A stretch of DNA of 42,041 bases. Source: an uncultured Thermoanaerobaculia bacterium. Its GTDB lineage: Bacteria > Acidobacteriota > Thermoanaerobaculia > Multivoradales > CAZRFU01. This document shows, piece by piece, positions 17,678-28,071 of the stretch. The stretch lies in assembly GCA_964599475.1 (NCBI GenBank), contig CAZRFU010000048.1:1-42041 (forward strand). The letters run 5' to 3'. A program made the position numbers and the translations under genes. The first letter of the stretch is position 1, and each line of letters starts with the position of its first letter. Under the pieces are notes generated by a model. That model was not told the DNA's origin, made no database searches, and worked only from the letters and a program-made list of their open reading frames with translations.

Positions 17678-18196
17678 ATGGACCTGCGCTACCCGATAGG
17701 ACCCTACGACATCCACCATCGCCCGAGCGCGACGGAGCTCGATTCCGCCATCGAGGCGATCGGTCTGCTGCCGGCTGAGCTCGAGGCAGTCCTGGCCGAG
17801 CTCGAGCGTCGCCCGGCCGCACTCGACGCCCCATACCGTCCCGGCGGCTGGACCCGGCGGCAGGTGGTCCACCACTTGGCCGACAGCCACGCCAACGCCA
17901 CCATCCGCACTCGGCTCACACTGACCGAGGATGTGCCGACAGTCAAACCCTACGACGAGGTCGCCTGGGCCGAGCTCGTCGACGCGGCAACCGCCCAGAT
18001 CGAACCCTCGGTGCTGATGCTGCGGGGCATCCACCGGCGCTGGTCGATGTTGCTCGCGAGCCTCCCTGCGGCGGCCTTCGAGCGCCGCCTGCGGCACCCC
18101 GAGCACGGCGAGCTCACCCTCGCTCAGCTGATCGCCTCCTACGGCTGGCACTGTCGCCACCACCTTGCCCACCTCGGCAGCGCATGGGTGCCCTGA
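17678..18196 (+). CDS. DinB/YfiT-like putative metal-dependent hydrolase (DinB_2 superfamily)
   Basis: HHLADSHANATIR and HCRHHLAHL His motifs characteristic of DinB-like four-helix-bundle proteins. Confidence 0.7.
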   Translation: MDLRYPIGPYDIHHRPSATELDSAIEAIGLLPAELEAVLAELERRPAALDAPYRPGGWTRRQVVHHLADSHANATIRTRLTLTEDVPTVKPYDEVAWAELVDAATAQIEPSVLMLRGIHRRWSMLLASLPAAAFERRLRHPEHGELTLAQLIASYGWHCRHHLAHLGSAWVP

Positions 18197-18555
18197 TGGA
18201 TCCGATCGACATCGCCGCCAAACTCGCCGCCATCGACGACCACTGGAATCCGCGGGTGATCGCCGAGCTCAACGGCCAGCAGGTCAAGGCGGTCAAGTTC
18301 ATCGGCACCTTCGTCTGGCACGACCACACCGACGAGGACGAGCTCTTCCTGGTGGTCAAAGGCCGCTTCCGGATGGACTTCCGCGACCGTTCGGTGTGGA
18401 TCGAGCAGGGCCAGGCGATCGTCGTGCCACGCGGCGTCGAGCACCGACCCCACGCCGACGACGAGGTCGAAGTCCTGCTCTTCGAGCCCGCGAGCACGAT
18501 CAACACCGGCGAGGCCGACGACCCCCGCAGGCGCACCGAGCTCGAGCGGCTCTAG
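18196..18555 (+). CDS. Cupin-domain protein
   Basis: Small beta-barrel cupin motifs (…HDHTDEDELFLVVKGRF…AIVVPRGVEHRP). Start overlaps the previous stop (TGATG). Confidence 0.7.
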   Translation: MDPIDIAAKLAAIDDHWNPRVIAELNGQQVKAVKFIGTFVWHDHTDEDELFLVVKGRFRMDFRDRSVWIEQGQAIVVPRGVEHRPHADDEVEVLLFEPASTINTGEADDPRRRTELERL

Positions 18556-18569
18556 CAGTTGCCCATGCA

Positions 18570-18624
18570 CCTTCGTGGTGCACCCCGGGGGATCAAGAAT
18601 CGAATTCCGTAGTACCCGGTACCC
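18570..18624. repeat. Intergenic repeat copy E: box CCTTCGTGGTGCACCCCGGGGG, then GATCAAGAATCGAATTCC, then GTAGTACCCGGTACCC
   Basis: Starts 15 nt after the cupin TAG. Near-identical to copy A's box. Confidence 0.55.
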
Positions 18625-18794
18625 ATCTTCCGAGCAGGCATCGGGTACTCCTCGAGCGCGAGAGGCTTGTCTGCGAGCACTCCGCGTCGGGCCCCGACCG
18701 ACGGGGCGGCTGCAGGTTGGAGTCGAGTTGCTATGATCATCGGCCACACGACACGCGACCGCCGTCCGGCAGGTCGTTCTGGAGATCCCCTACA

Positions 18795-19070
18795 GTGCGC
18801 GCGAAGATCACCGTCTACCCACGTCCGGAGATCCTCGACCCGCAGGGCGCCGCCGTGACGGCAGCGCTCGGCCGGCTGGGTTTCGGCGAGGTTTCGGACG
18901 TCCGCGTCGGCAAGAGCCTCGAGCTGGTGCTCGAGGCAACCGACGCCGGCGCCGCCCGAGCCCGTCTCGAGGCAATGTGCGAGGCCCTCTTGGTCAACCG
19001 CATCGTCGAGGACTACACGATCGATATCGACCACGGCGACGTCAGCAGCGAGCCTGCCGGGGAGGCATGA
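18795..19070 (+). CDS. purS: Phosphoribosylformylglycinamidine synthase subunit PurS
   Basis: GTG start. …KITVYPRPEILDPQGAAV…LGFGEVSDVRVGKSLELVLEA… matches PurS. The upstream in-frame extension to 18165 is antisense-like and rejected. Confidence 0.85.
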   Translation: MRAKITVYPRPEILDPQGAAVTAALGRLGFGEVSDVRVGKSLELVLEATDAGAARARLEAMCEALLVNRIVEDYTIDIDHGDVSSEPAGEA

Positions 19071-19774
19071 TGCGCTGCGGTGTCGTCGTTTTTCCCGGAA
19101 GCAACTGCGACCACGATGTGTACCACGTGCTCAAACACGTGCTCGGCTGCGAGACCTATTTCCTGTGGCACGGCGAAACGTCGATCCGCGGCTGTGACTT
19201 GGTGGTGCTGCCCGGCGGCTTCGCCTACGGCGACTACCTGCGCGCCGGCGCGATGGCGGCGGTGTCGCCGATCATGAGTGCGGTCAAGGAGATGGCGGAC
19301 GCCGGCGGCTACGTCCTCGGCATCTGTAACGGCTTCCAGGTGTTGACCGAAAGTGGCCTGCTGCCGGGAGCCTTGCGCCGCAACGCGGGGCTGCGCTTCA
19401 GCTGCCGCGACGTTACGCTCGAGGTCGCCAACACCAACCTGCCGTGGACCCGCCGCTACGCCGCCGGGGCGGTGATCCGCCTGCCGATCGCCCACGCCGA
19501 GGGCTGCTTTACTGCGGACGCCGAGACTCTCGAGCAGCTGGAAACGAACCAGCGCGTGGTGTTCCGCTACGTCGACGCCGACGGCAACCGCGGCGGCGCG
19601 GGCAACCCCAACGGCTCGGCCCACGACATCGCCGGCATCACCAATGCCGCGAACAACGTGCTCGGTTTGATGCCGCACCCCGAACGCGCAGCGGAGGAGA
19701 TGTTGGGCAATCTCGACGGCCTGGCGCTGTTCGAGAGCTTGCTGAGCGAGGCCGTTGCCGAGGTGCACGCATGA
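19067..19774 (+). CDS. purQ: Phosphoribosylformylglycinamidine synthase I, glutamine amidotransferase subunit PurQ
   Basis: [17 protein letters not shown]…[12 protein letters not shown]…GICNGFQVL…HPER carries the class-I GATase Cys-His triad. ATGA overlap with purS. Confidence 0.9.
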   Translation: MMRCGVVVFPGSNCDHDVYHVLKHVLGCETYFLWHGETSIRGCDLVVLPGGFAYGDYLRAGAMAAVSPIMSAVKEMADAGGYVLGICNGFQVLTESGLLPGALRRNAGLRFSCRDVTLEVANTNLPWTRRYAAGAVIRLPIAHAEGCFTADAETLEQLETNQRVVFRYVDADGNRGGAGNPNGSAHDIAGITNAANNVLGLMPHPERAAEEMLGNLDGLALFESLLSEAVAEVHA

Positions 19775-21972
19775 GCGAGCAACCGATCGTCGATCTCGAT
19801 CTGGCCCTCGCCCGTGGGCTGACCGCGGAGGAATACCAGACACTGTGCAACGGCCTCGGTCGCACGCCGACCTACACCGAGCTCGGGATCACTGCGGCCC
19901 TGTGGTCGGAGCACTGCTCCTACAAGTCCTCCAAGGTCTACCTGCGCGAGTTCCCCACCGACGGCCCGGCGGTGGTCCAGGGCCCCGGCGAAAACGCCGG
20001 CATCGTCGACCTGGGCCACGGTTGGGTGGCGGCGTTCAAGATGGAGTCGCACAACCACCCGAGTTACCTCGAGCCCTTCCAGGGCGCGGCGACCGGCGTC
20101 GGCGGCATCCTGCGCGATGTCTTCACCATGGGGGCGCGACCGATCGCGTTGATGGACTCGTTGCGGTTCGGGCGTCCCGACACCCCCAAGATGCGGCATC
20201 TGATCGACGGGGTGGTCCGCGGCATCTCCCACTACGGCAACTGCGTCGGGGTGCCGACGGTGGGCGGTGAAACCGGGTTCCACAGCTGCTACGACGGCAA
20301 CATCCTGGTCAATGCCTTTGCCCTCGGAGTCGCCCGGCGCGAACGGGTCTTCCGCGCCCGCGCCGTCGGCCCCGGCAACCCGATCCTCTACGTCGGCAGC
20401 AAGACCGGCCGCGACGGAGTGCACGGCGCAACCATGGCGTCGGAGTCCTTCGGCGAGGACGGTGCCGACAAGCGCCCGACGGTGCAGGTGGGCGATCCGT
20501 TCACCGAGAAGATCCTGCTCGAGGCCTGCCTCCAGGCAGTCCGCACCGGGTGTGTGGTCGCCTTGCAGGACATGGGCGCCGCCGGTCTCACCAGCTCGAC
20601 CTTCGAGATGGCCAGCCGCGGCGGGACCGGATTGGTGCTCGAGCTCGATCGTGTGCCGCTGCGCGAGAAGGGCCTTTCGGCCTACGAGATCATGCTGTCC
20701 GAGTCCCAGGAGCGGATGGTGTTCGTGGCGCGTCAGGGCCGCGAAGACGAGGTCATCCGCATTTTCGATCGTTGGGGGCTCGATGCGGTGCGCATCGGCA
20801 AGGTTGCCGATGGCCACCGCGCGGTGATCTCCCACCACGGCGAGGTCGTCGCCGACCTTCCCATCGCCTTGTTGACCGATGAGGCCCCGCAGTACCGGCG
20901 GCCGGCGGAGCCGCCCAAGGACCTCGCCGCACGCCAGGCCGACCCGGAGCTGCCCCAGCCCAAGAACCTTGGCGGCGCCCTGCTCGACCTGCTCGGAACC
21001 CCGGAGCTCGGCGACACCTCCTGGATCTGGCGGCAGTACGACTACAGTGTGCGCGCGAGCACAGTGATCGGACCCGGCGGCGACGCCGCCGTGGTGGCGC
21101 TCAAGGGCACCCCGCTCGGGATCGCCATGAGTACCGACGTCAACCCGGTCTACTGCCACCTCGATCCGCGCACCGGCGGCGCCCAGGCGGTCGCGGAAGC
21201 GGTGCGCAACCTCGCCTGTGTCGGTGCCGAGCCTCTCGGCATGACCGACTGCCTCAACTTCGGCAACCCCGAGCTGCCCGAGGTCTCGTGGGCGCTGCGC
21301 GAGTGTGTGCGCGGCATGAGCCTCGCCTCGCGGGCACTCGAATGTCCGGTGGTGTCGGGCAACGTTTCGCTCTACAACGACACCGCCGGCCGATCGATCT
21401 ACCCGACGCCGACGGTGGCGGTGGTCGGGGTGATCCCGGACTTGGTCAAGCTTCCCAAAGCCCATTTCAGCGAGGCTGGCGGGCGCATCGTTCTGCTGGG
21501 CGAAGACCATCGCGAGCTCGGCGGCTCGGCTTACCTCAGACTGCTGCACGGTATCGAGCAGGGCAAACCGCCACGGGTCGACCTCGAAGCCGAACGACGG
21601 CTCGGGGATCTGTTGCGACTGTTGGTGTTCGAGGGGATCCTCGACACCGCTCATGATTGCGGCACCGGCGGCCTCGCCATCGCCCTGGCCGAAGCCACGT
21701 TCGCCAAGGGACTCGGCTGTCACGTCCGTGTACCCCTCGACCCCGTGGCGTTGTTCTCGGAGTCGCAGGCGCGTGCGTTCATCGCCGTGCCCGCGGGCGA
21801 GCTCGACGCAGTCCTGCTCTCAGCCGAAGAAGCAGGAGTTCCCGCTCGCGAGGTCGGCGAGGTCGGTGGGGAACGACTGATCATCGAAGCAGATGGTGAT
21901 CGGCTCGACCTCGAGGTCGGCGACTTGCGGGCGCGCTGGGAGCAGGCGCTGCCGAGCGCCCTCGGGCTCTGA
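19771..21972 (+). CDS. purL: Phosphoribosylformylglycinamidine synthase II, PurL (small form)
   Basis: Duplicated AIRS-like domains (…[20 protein letters not shown]…). ATGA overlap with purQ. About 733 aa. Confidence 0.9.
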   Translation: MSEQPIVDLDLALARGLTAEEYQTLCNGLGRTPTYTELGITAALWSEHCSYKSSKVYLREFPTDGPAVVQGPGENAGIVDLGHGWVAAFKMESHNHPSYLEPFQGAATGVGGILRDVFTMGARPIALMDSLRFGRPDTPKMRHLIDGVVRGISHYGNCVGVPTVGGETGFHSCYDGNILVNAFALGVARRERVFRARAVGPGNPILYVGSKTGRDGVHGATMASESFGEDGADKRPTVQVGDPFTEKILLEACLQAVRTGCVVALQDMGAAGLTSSTFEMASRGGTGLVLELDRVPLREKGLSAYEIMLSESQERMVFVARQGREDEVIRIFDRWGLDAVRIGKVADGHRAVISHHGEVVADLPIALLTDEAPQYRRPAEPPKDLAARQADPELPQPKNLGGALLDLLGTPELGDTSWIWRQYDYSVRASTVIGPGGDAAVVALKGTPLGIAMSTDVNPVYCHLDPRTGGAQAVAEAVRNLACVGAEPLGMTDCLNFGNPELPEVSWALRECVRGMSLASRALECPVVSGNVSLYNDTAGRSIYPTPTVAVVGVIPDLVKLPKAHFSEAGGRIVLLGEDHRELGGSAYLRLLHGIEQGKPPRVDLEAERRLGDLLRLLVFEGILDTAHDCGTGGLAIALAEATFAKGLGCHVRVPLDPVALFSESQARAFIAVPAGELDAVLLSAEEAGVPAREVGEVGGERLIIEADGDRLDLEVGDLRARWEQALPSALGL

Positions 21973-21991
21973 GGCAACGGAAGGCGATCCA

Positions 21992-23389
21992 ATGTGCGGC
22001 ATCTTCGGCATCCACGGCCAGGACGACGCGTCGAACCTGACCTATCTCGGCCTCTACGCCCTGCAGCACCGGGGTCAGGAGAGTGCCGGAATCGTCTCCT
22101 TCGACGGGCGCCAGATGCACGTCGAGCGGGGCATGGGCCACGTCGCCGACATCTTCCGCCACCATGTCCTCGCCCGGCTGCCGGGTCGCCTGGCCCTGGG
22201 GCACACGCGCTACTCGACCAGCGGCACCAGTGTGCTCGCCAATGCCCAGCCGATCGTCGTGGTCACGTCGATGGGCCCGCTCGCGCTGGTGCACAACGGC
22301 AACCTCGTCAACGCCGGCGAGCTGCGAACCGCTCTCGAAGCCGACGGGTCGATCTTCCAGACCACCAGCGACACGGAGGTGATCCTCCACCTGATGGCGC
22401 GCAATCCGCGCAAGGACGTGGTCGAGTCGCTGATGGTCGCGCTCCAGCAGGTCCGCGGCGCCTATTCGCTGCTGCTCGCCACCGGCGAGGGGCTGATCGC
22501 CGCCCGTGACCCGCACGGCTTCCGACCGTTGCTGACCGGATCGGTGCGGGGAGGTACCGCGTTCGGCTCGGAAGGGTGCGCCTTCGACCTAGTCGAGGCC
22601 ACCGAATCCCGCGAGCTGGCACCGGGCGAGGTGCTGGTGTGCCGCGACAACGGCGAAACCGAAAGTTATCGGCTGCCGGCCGTGCCCAAGCCCAGCCGCT
22701 GCATCTTCGAGCACGTCTACTTCGCACGGCCGGATTCCTCGGTTTTCGGCGATGCCGTCTCCGAGGTGCGTTTGGCGGTGGGCCAGCGGCTGGCGGCCGA
22801 GGCACCGGTCGACGCCGACCTCGTCTGCCCGGTGCCCGACAGCGGCGTCTTTGCGGCGCTCGGCTTCTCGCGGGCCTCGGGGATCCCGTTCGAGTTTGCA
22901 CTGATCCGCAATCACTACGTCGGCCGCACCTTCATCGAGCCCAAGCAGTCGATTCGCAACTTCGGGGTCAAGGTCAAGCTCAACCCGATCCGGCCGCTGA
23001 TCGAGGGCCGCAGGGTGGTGCTGATCGACGACTCGATCGTGCGCGGGACCACGTCGCGCAAGATCGTGCGCATGGTGCGCGAGGCCGGAGCCACCGAGGT
23101 GCACATGCGGATCTCCTCCCCGCCGACTGCCTGGCCCTGTCACTACGGCATCGACACGCCGGACCGGGACGAGCTGATCGCGGCGCAGAAGTCGCTGCCC
23201 GAGATCACCGCCTGGATCGAGGCGGACTCCCTCGCCTACGTCTCGCTCGACGGACTGCTCGCCTCGGTCAGCGGCCCGCCCGGCAGCTACTGCACCGCCT
23301 GTTGGACCGGTGAGTACCGCGTCCCGATCGCAGCTCCTCGCGGGCGTCAGGTCGAGCTCTTTCCGATTCGCGCCGAGGAGGCGTCGTGA
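21992..23389 (+). CDS. purF: Amidophosphoribosyltransferase
   Basis: N-terminal MCGIFGI (Ntn Cys1). PRTase motif VVLIDDSIVRGTT. C-terminal Cys cluster (CHYGID…CTAC) suggests the [4Fe-4S] type. Confidence 0.9.
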   Translation: MCGIFGIHGQDDASNLTYLGLYALQHRGQESAGIVSFDGRQMHVERGMGHVADIFRHHVLARLPGRLALGHTRYSTSGTSVLANAQPIVVVTSMGPLALVHNGNLVNAGELRTALEADGSIFQTTSDTEVILHLMARNPRKDVVESLMVALQQVRGAYSLLLATGEGLIAARDPHGFRPLLTGSVRGGTAFGSEGCAFDLVEATESRELAPGEVLVCRDNGETESYRLPAVPKPSRCIFEHVYFARPDSSVFGDAVSEVRLAVGQRLAAEAPVDADLVCPVPDSGVFAALGFSRASGIPFEFALIRNHYVGRTFIEPKQSIRNFGVKVKLNPIRPLIEGRRVVLIDDSIVRGTTSRKIVRMVREAGATEVHMRISSPPTAWPCHYGIDTPDRDELIAAQKSLPEITAWIEADSLAYVSLDGLLASVSGPPGSYCTACWTGEYRVPIAAPRGRQVELFPIRAEEAS

Positions 23390-24453
23390 GCTCGCGACCG
23401 CCGGAGCCCTCGGCCTACGCTCGAGCCGGGGTCGACATCGATGCGCAGGACCGCGCCCTCGAACGGGTCAAGCAGCTGGCCAAGACCACCTTCACCCCAG
23501 GAGTGATCGGCGGGCTCGGGGGCTTCGGCGGTGTCTTTCGCGCCGATACCGCCGGCTTCGCCGACCCGCTGCTGGTGGCCTCCGCGGACGGCGTCGGCAC
23601 CAAACTGGCGGTCGCCAAGGCCGCCGGGGACTTCTCGACCGTCGGCCACGACCTCGTCAACCACTGCGTCAACGACATCCTCGCCCAGGGTGCACGGCCG
23701 CTGTTCTTTCTGGACTACGTCGGCGCCGGCACTCTCGATCCGGACCAGATGGTGGCGTTGGTAGGCGGGGTGGCAGCCGGCTGTCGCGAGAATGGCTGTG
23801 CCTTGATCGGCGGGGAAACCGCCGAGATGCCGGGCTTCTATCAACCCGGCGACTACGAGCTCGTGGGTTTCATCGTTGGTCTGGTGGACGGCGCTGCCGC
23901 ACTTGGACCCCAGCGGGTAGTGCCCGGCGACATCCTCGTCGGTCTGCCATCCTCGGGACTGCACACCAACGGCTACAGCCTGGCGCGGCGGATCCTGTTC
24001 GGGACCATGGGACTTGGGATCGACGACGAGCTCGACCTCCCCGGCAGGCCGCGGGTTGGCGAGGCTCTGCTCGCGGTCCATCGCAGCTATCTGCGAGCCT
24101 TTTCGCCGTTGCTCGGCGATCCTGCGCTGCACGCCTTGGCCCACATCACCGGCGGCGGGATCACCGACAATCTGCCGCGGATCCTGCCCGCCGGCTGTGT
24201 GGCCGAGATTCGCCGCGACGCCTGGGTGGTACCGCCCCTGTTTCGCCTGTTGCAAGACCACGGCGAGGTCAGCGACGAGGAAATGCTGCGGGTCTTCAAC
24301 ATGGGTGTGGGGATGATTGCGGCCGTGGCCGGCGACCGGCTCGCCCCTGCCCTCGACGTGCTGAGAGCCGCCGGTGAGGCGCCATTCGTGATCGGTGCGG
24401 TGCACGAGGGAGACGGCGGCGTGATCTACCAGCCCCCGGATCCTCGCTCGTGA
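23386..24453 (+). CDS. purM: Phosphoribosylformylglycinamidine cyclo-ligase (AIR synthetase)
   Basis: GTG overlapping the purF stop. …GGLGGFGG…DGVGTKL…GGETAEMPG… matches PurM. Confidence 0.9.
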   Translation: MSSRPPEPSAYARAGVDIDAQDRALERVKQLAKTTFTPGVIGGLGGFGGVFRADTAGFADPLLVASADGVGTKLAVAKAAGDFSTVGHDLVNHCVNDILAQGARPLFFLDYVGAGTLDPDQMVALVGGVAAGCRENGCALIGGETAEMPGFYQPGDYELVGFIVGLVDGAAALGPQRVVPGDILVGLPSSGLHTNGYSLARRILFGTMGLGIDDELDLPGRPRVGEALLAVHRSYLRAFSPLLGDPALHALAHITGGGITDNLPRILPAGCVAEIRRDAWVVPPLFRLLQDHGEVSDEEMLRVFNMGVGMIAAVAGDRLAPALDVLRAAGEAPFVIGAVHEGDGGVIYQPPDPRS

Positions 24454-25064
24454 CCGTCGCGCGTGTGGGTATTCTGGCGTCGGGGCGCGGGAGCAACTTC
24501 GTCGCCCTGGATGCAGCGATGCGGCGCGCCGAGGTCCCGGCCGAGGTCGTGCTCGTGCTCTCCAACCGGCCGGGCGCGCCGGTACTCGAAAAGGCCGCTG
24601 GTCTCGGCATCCCGGCGCGGGCGATCGACCTGGACGACCGACTGGACCAGGAGCGAGCGTTGATCACGGCGCTCCTCGATGTCGGCGTCGAATGGGTGTG
24701 CCTGGCCGGCTATATGCGGGTGCTGGGGGTGGATTTCGTTCGCGCTTTTCCGGAGCGCATCCTCAACATCCACCCGAGCCTTCTGCCGTCCTTCCCGGGT
24801 TTGGCCGCCCAACGCCAGGCGATCGAGCACGGCGTCTCCATCAGTGGGTGCACGGTGCATTTCGTCGATGAAGGTCTCGATACCGGTCCGATCGTAGGCC
24901 AAGCGGCGGTGGCGGTTGCTCAGGACGACGATGCCGGGTCGCTCGCCCAGCGGATCCTCGAAGCCGAGCATCGGCTCTATCCCGAGAGTTTGCGACGGCT
25001 CTTGACCGAGCCTTGGCACTTCGAAGGCCGCCGCGTGCGCTGGGGATCCAGCGTGGTAGCCTGA
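24450..25064 (+). CDS. purN: Phosphoribosylglycinamide formyltransferase
   Basis: GTG overlapping the purM stop. …ILASGRGSNF…NIHPSLLP…GCTVHFVDEGLDTGPI… matches PurN. Confidence 0.9.
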   Translation: MTVARVGILASGRGSNFVALDAAMRRAEVPAEVVLVLSNRPGAPVLEKAAGLGIPARAIDLDDRLDQERALITALLDVGVEWVCLAGYMRVLGVDFVRAFPERILNIHPSLLPSFPGLAAQRQAIEHGVSISGCTVHFVDEGLDTGPIVGQAAVAVAQDDDAGSLAQRILEAEHRLYPESLRRLLTEPWHFEGRRVRWGSSVVA

Positions 25065-25068
25065 AGTC

Positions 25069-27966
25069 ATGGCCGCGCCGCGCCGGCTCGTGTCCGTCCT
25101 GATGACGTGGATGTTCGCCTCCGCGGCCGTGGCGTTCGCCGCCGGAGCCCTCGAAGGCACCCTGCCGATTCGGGTCTATCGGGACATCGACGGCCTGCCA
25201 CAGAACACCGTCCACGCCATCACCCTCGACCACGAGGGGTTGTTGTGGATCGGCACCCAGGATGGCGCTGCGGTCTGGGACGGACGTGCCTGGCTGGCGG
25301 TGCCGATGCCCGATCGGGCGACCTCCAACTTCGTGCGCACCATCCTCGCGAGCCGCGATGGCAGCCTCTGGTTCGGAACCCAGGCTGGGGGCCTCCACCG
25401 TCGCAGCGAAGGTCGCTGGGAACGCCATGAGCCGCGCGTCGACGGTCTGCCCGCAGCGCGCGTCAACCACCTCGCAGAGCTCGACGGCCTGCTGCTGGTG
25501 GCCACGCACGAGGCGGGGGTCGCGACGTTCGACGGCACCCGATGGCAGCGTCTGACGGTCGCCGATGGGCTACCGACCGATCGGGTGTGGAGGCTGGCTC
25601 CCGGGACATTCGCCGGTGCCAGCGGTGCTTGGGCCGCGTGTGAAGGCGGGTTGGTGTTCATCGTCCCCGAGTCGAATCGCGTCGTGACCGACCCCGGCTT
25701 CCCCAAGGGTCACGCCAACTCAGTGGTGGTCTCGGGACGCCCCGGCGCCGAAGAGGTCTGGGTCGGCACCTACGGAGAAGGGGTCTTTCGCCTGGACGCC
25801 GGCGGCTGGCAGAACCTCGGCTTGGCCGCCGGCCTCGAGAACCTCTTCGTGACCAGCATCGCGGTCGATCCCGAAGGGCAGACCGTGTGGGTCGGCACCG
25901 ACGGTGGTGGGGCTGCCCGCTGGGATCAGGCGGCCAAACGCTTCGAGGTGCTGGGCTCGGCGGCCGGCCTGCCGTCCGACGCCGTCTACAGCTTGCTCGC
26001 CACCTCGGCCTCCGAAGGTGCCCAAGCCCTGTGGGTGGGAACCCGCAACGGCGGCTTGGCGCGGGTGCGCGAGCTCGGCTGGCGGGCCCTGCGGCCGCTG
26101 CCGGAGAACCCGCAAGCAGCGGTGACCGCGCTGGCCGAGGAAGCCTTGAGCGATGGCACGTCGGCACTGTGGTTCGGCACCGACGGCGCCGGCTTGGTCC
26201 GGCGCGACGCCACCAGCCACCAGCACTGGGATGTCGCTGCCGGCCTGCCGAACGGCTTCGTCCAGGCCCTGGTCGTCGCCGGAGGTGGAAGCGAACGCCA
26301 GGTGTGGGTTGGACTGCGCAACGGGGGACTGGTGCGGATCGACGCGGCCGGGCGCATCGTCGAGGAGGTGCGGGCAGCCGGCGGTGGGCTCCCGCACGAT
26401 CTGGTCCAGGCCATCGCGCTGCGCCAAGGAGAACGCGGGCAAGAGCTGTGGGTCGGTACGCGCGAGGGCCTCGCGGTCCGCCGAGAAGGTGCCTGGCACC
26501 GCATTCCCGGGCTGCCGCCCGTCTCCATCACCGACTTCGAGCCGAGCGCCGACGGCGCCATGTGGGTCGGCTCGGCGGTCGGCATCCTCCGCATCGAAGG
26601 CGAGCGCTTTTCGATCATCGATCAGCGCAACGGCCTGCGCAACACCGGCATCCTCCACCTCCTGGAAGCGGCCGGGCCGGACGGCGAGCCGCAGCTGTGG
26701 GTCGGCACCGACGGGGGTGGACTGGCGTTGTTTTCTGGAGGTGACACCCCCAGGCTGTTGGCGGAGTTCAACGAAGCCTCGGAGCCGCCTTTGCCCAACG
26801 ACGTGGTCTCCGGACTCGCCAAGGTCGACGAGCAGACGCTGTTCGTGCTTTCCAATCGGGGCGTCGCCGAGATGTCTCTGAGCGATCCGGCCGTGCGATA
26901 CGGCCCTTCGGTCCACGTGCACGTGTCCGGACCCGAGGATGGGCTGCCGGCGCTCGCCGGCAATCGTGCAGCGGTTCTGGTCGATCACCAGCGGCGCCTG
27001 TGGGTCGGCACGGTGGAAGGGGCCGCCTCTCTCGATCTCGGAGTTGCCCAGCGCGAGGATCGGCAACCAAAGCGGCTGGTGCTGCGCGGTATCGCCGTCG
27101 ACCAAGCCGCGCGGCCGCCGGCTGCAGACGGCGGCATTCAGCTCGGCAAGAACGACCGCACCGTGAGGATCGAATACGCCTTGTTGTCGTTCTTTCGCGA
27201 GCACGATTCCCGCTATCGCAGCCAGCTCGTCGGCGTCGAGGACCAACCGGGTGCCTGGACCAGCCAGTCGAGTCGCGAGCTCACCGGCCTGCCGCCCGGC
27301 AGGTACACCCTGCAGGTCCAAGGCCGCGACTTCGAAGGGAACCTGTCGGTACCGCTCGAAGTCCCGATCGTCGTCTCCGCCGACCTCTGGGCCACGCTCT
27401 GGACCCATGTGGCGCCGCCCGCGGCTGTGGCGCTGGTCGCCCTGGTCGCATTCGCCGTACGGCGCAAGCGTTCCCTCCGGCTGGTCGAGGGCTTGGAGCA
27501 ACGGATCGCCGAGCTCGAGCTTCCCGCGCGCAGAGCCCGTCGGGCGCTGATTGCGTGTGGTCTCGCTGATCCTCTCACCGGCACGCCCAATGACGAAGTG
27601 CTGAGCCTGCTTTCTCGTCGGCCGACTCCGGCCGGGGCATCGCTCCTGCTCTTCGGCCTTCGTGACGGGACCACATCGTTGGCCGAGGCGGCGGTGTTCG
27701 AGGAGGCCGCCGCCGAAACCCTGACCCGACTTTGCCCGAGCGCCGAGGTTGGCCGCTTCGACGTCGGGGTCGTGTGGGCGTGGGTGGCGACCGCTGATCC
27801 GCACAATCCGCGCCGCTGGCTCGACAGCGCTCGCGCCGACCACGCCGAGCAGCACACGGTGGGCGCGTATGGCACCGCCGATGCCGCCCACGTGGCCGAG
27901 TTGCCGGAACGCATCGCCGATGCCTTTGCCGGAGCTCGCCGAACCGGGGTCGTCACCGCGGGTTAG
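25069..27966 (+). CDS. Membrane sensor protein: periplasmic two-component-regulator beta-propeller repeats, Y_Y_Y domain, one TM helix, and a degenerate GGDEF-like C-terminal domain
   Basis: Signal peptide. At least ten LW(V/F)GT…GG(L/A) propeller blades. Y_Y_Y block (RIEYALLSFFREHDSRYRSQL…GRYTLQVQGRD). TM helix VAPPAAVALVALVAFAV. C-terminal DPLTGTPN…GRFDVGVVWAW resembles a GGDEF domain with the GGDEF motif replaced by RFDVG. Starts 4 nt after purN. Confidence 0.7.
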   Translation: MAAPRRLVSVLMTWMFASAAVAFAAGALEGTLPIRVYRDIDGLPQNTVHAITLDHEGLLWIGTQDGAAVWDGRAWLAVPMPDRATSNFVRTILASRDGSLWFGTQAGGLHRRSEGRWERHEPRVDGLPAARVNHLAELDGLLLVATHEAGVATFDGTRWQRLTVADGLPTDRVWRLAPGTFAGASGAWAACEGGLVFIVPESNRVVTDPGFPKGHANSVVVSGRPGAEEVWVGTYGEGVFRLDAGGWQNLGLAAGLENLFVTSIAVDPEGQTVWVGTDGGGAARWDQAAKRFEVLGSAAGLPSDAVYSLLATSASEGAQALWVGTRNGGLARVRELGWRALRPLPENPQAAVTALAEEALSDGTSALWFGTDGAGLVRRDATSHQHWDVAAGLPNGFVQALVVAGGGSERQVWVGLRNGGLVRIDAAGRIVEEVRAAGGGLPHDLVQAIALRQGERGQELWVGTREGLAVRREGAWHRIPGLPPVSITDFEPSADGAMWVGSAVGILRIEGERFSIIDQRNGLRNTGILHLLEAAGPDGEPQLWVGTDGGGLALFSGGDTPRLLAEFNEASEPPLPNDVVSGLAKVDEQTLFVLSNRGVAEMSLSDPAVRYGPSVHVHVSGPEDGLPALAGNRAAVLVDHQRRLWVGTVEGAASLDLGVAQREDRQPKRLVLRGIAVDQAARPPAADGGIQLGKNDRTVRIEYALLSFFREHDSRYRSQLVGVEDQPGAWTSQSSRELTGLPPGRYTLQVQGRDFEGNLSVPLEVPIVVSADLWATLWTHVAPPAAVALVALVAFAVRRKRSLRLVEGLEQRIAELELPARRARRALIACGLADPLTGTPNDEVLSLLSRRPTPAGASLLLFGLRDGTTSLAEAAVFEEAAAETLTRLCPSAEVGRFDVGVVWAWVATADPHNPRRWLDSARADHAEQHTVGAYGTADAAHVAELPERIADAFAGARRTGVVTAG

Positions 27967-28071
27967 GCCCGCCCCTGGCAGTTCGACGCCGTTCGGAGTA
28001 GTGTTCTCGCTCCCAGCGATTCCCCGAGTCGCCACCTTGTCCGCCCCCCTCTGGTTCAGGAGATCTCCTCG

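Noticed and set aside
15008-18172. 1054-aa minus-strand ORF 15008..18172
   Set aside because: Antisense to the VWA and DinB genes. Arg/Gly-rich with no domain signatures.
18165-18794. 5' extension of the PurS frame back to 18165, giving a 301-aa ORF
   Set aside because: The extension overlaps the cupin and DinB genes in another frame and is Arg/Pro-rich. PurS homology begins at the GTG at 18795 with a GGAGA RBS.
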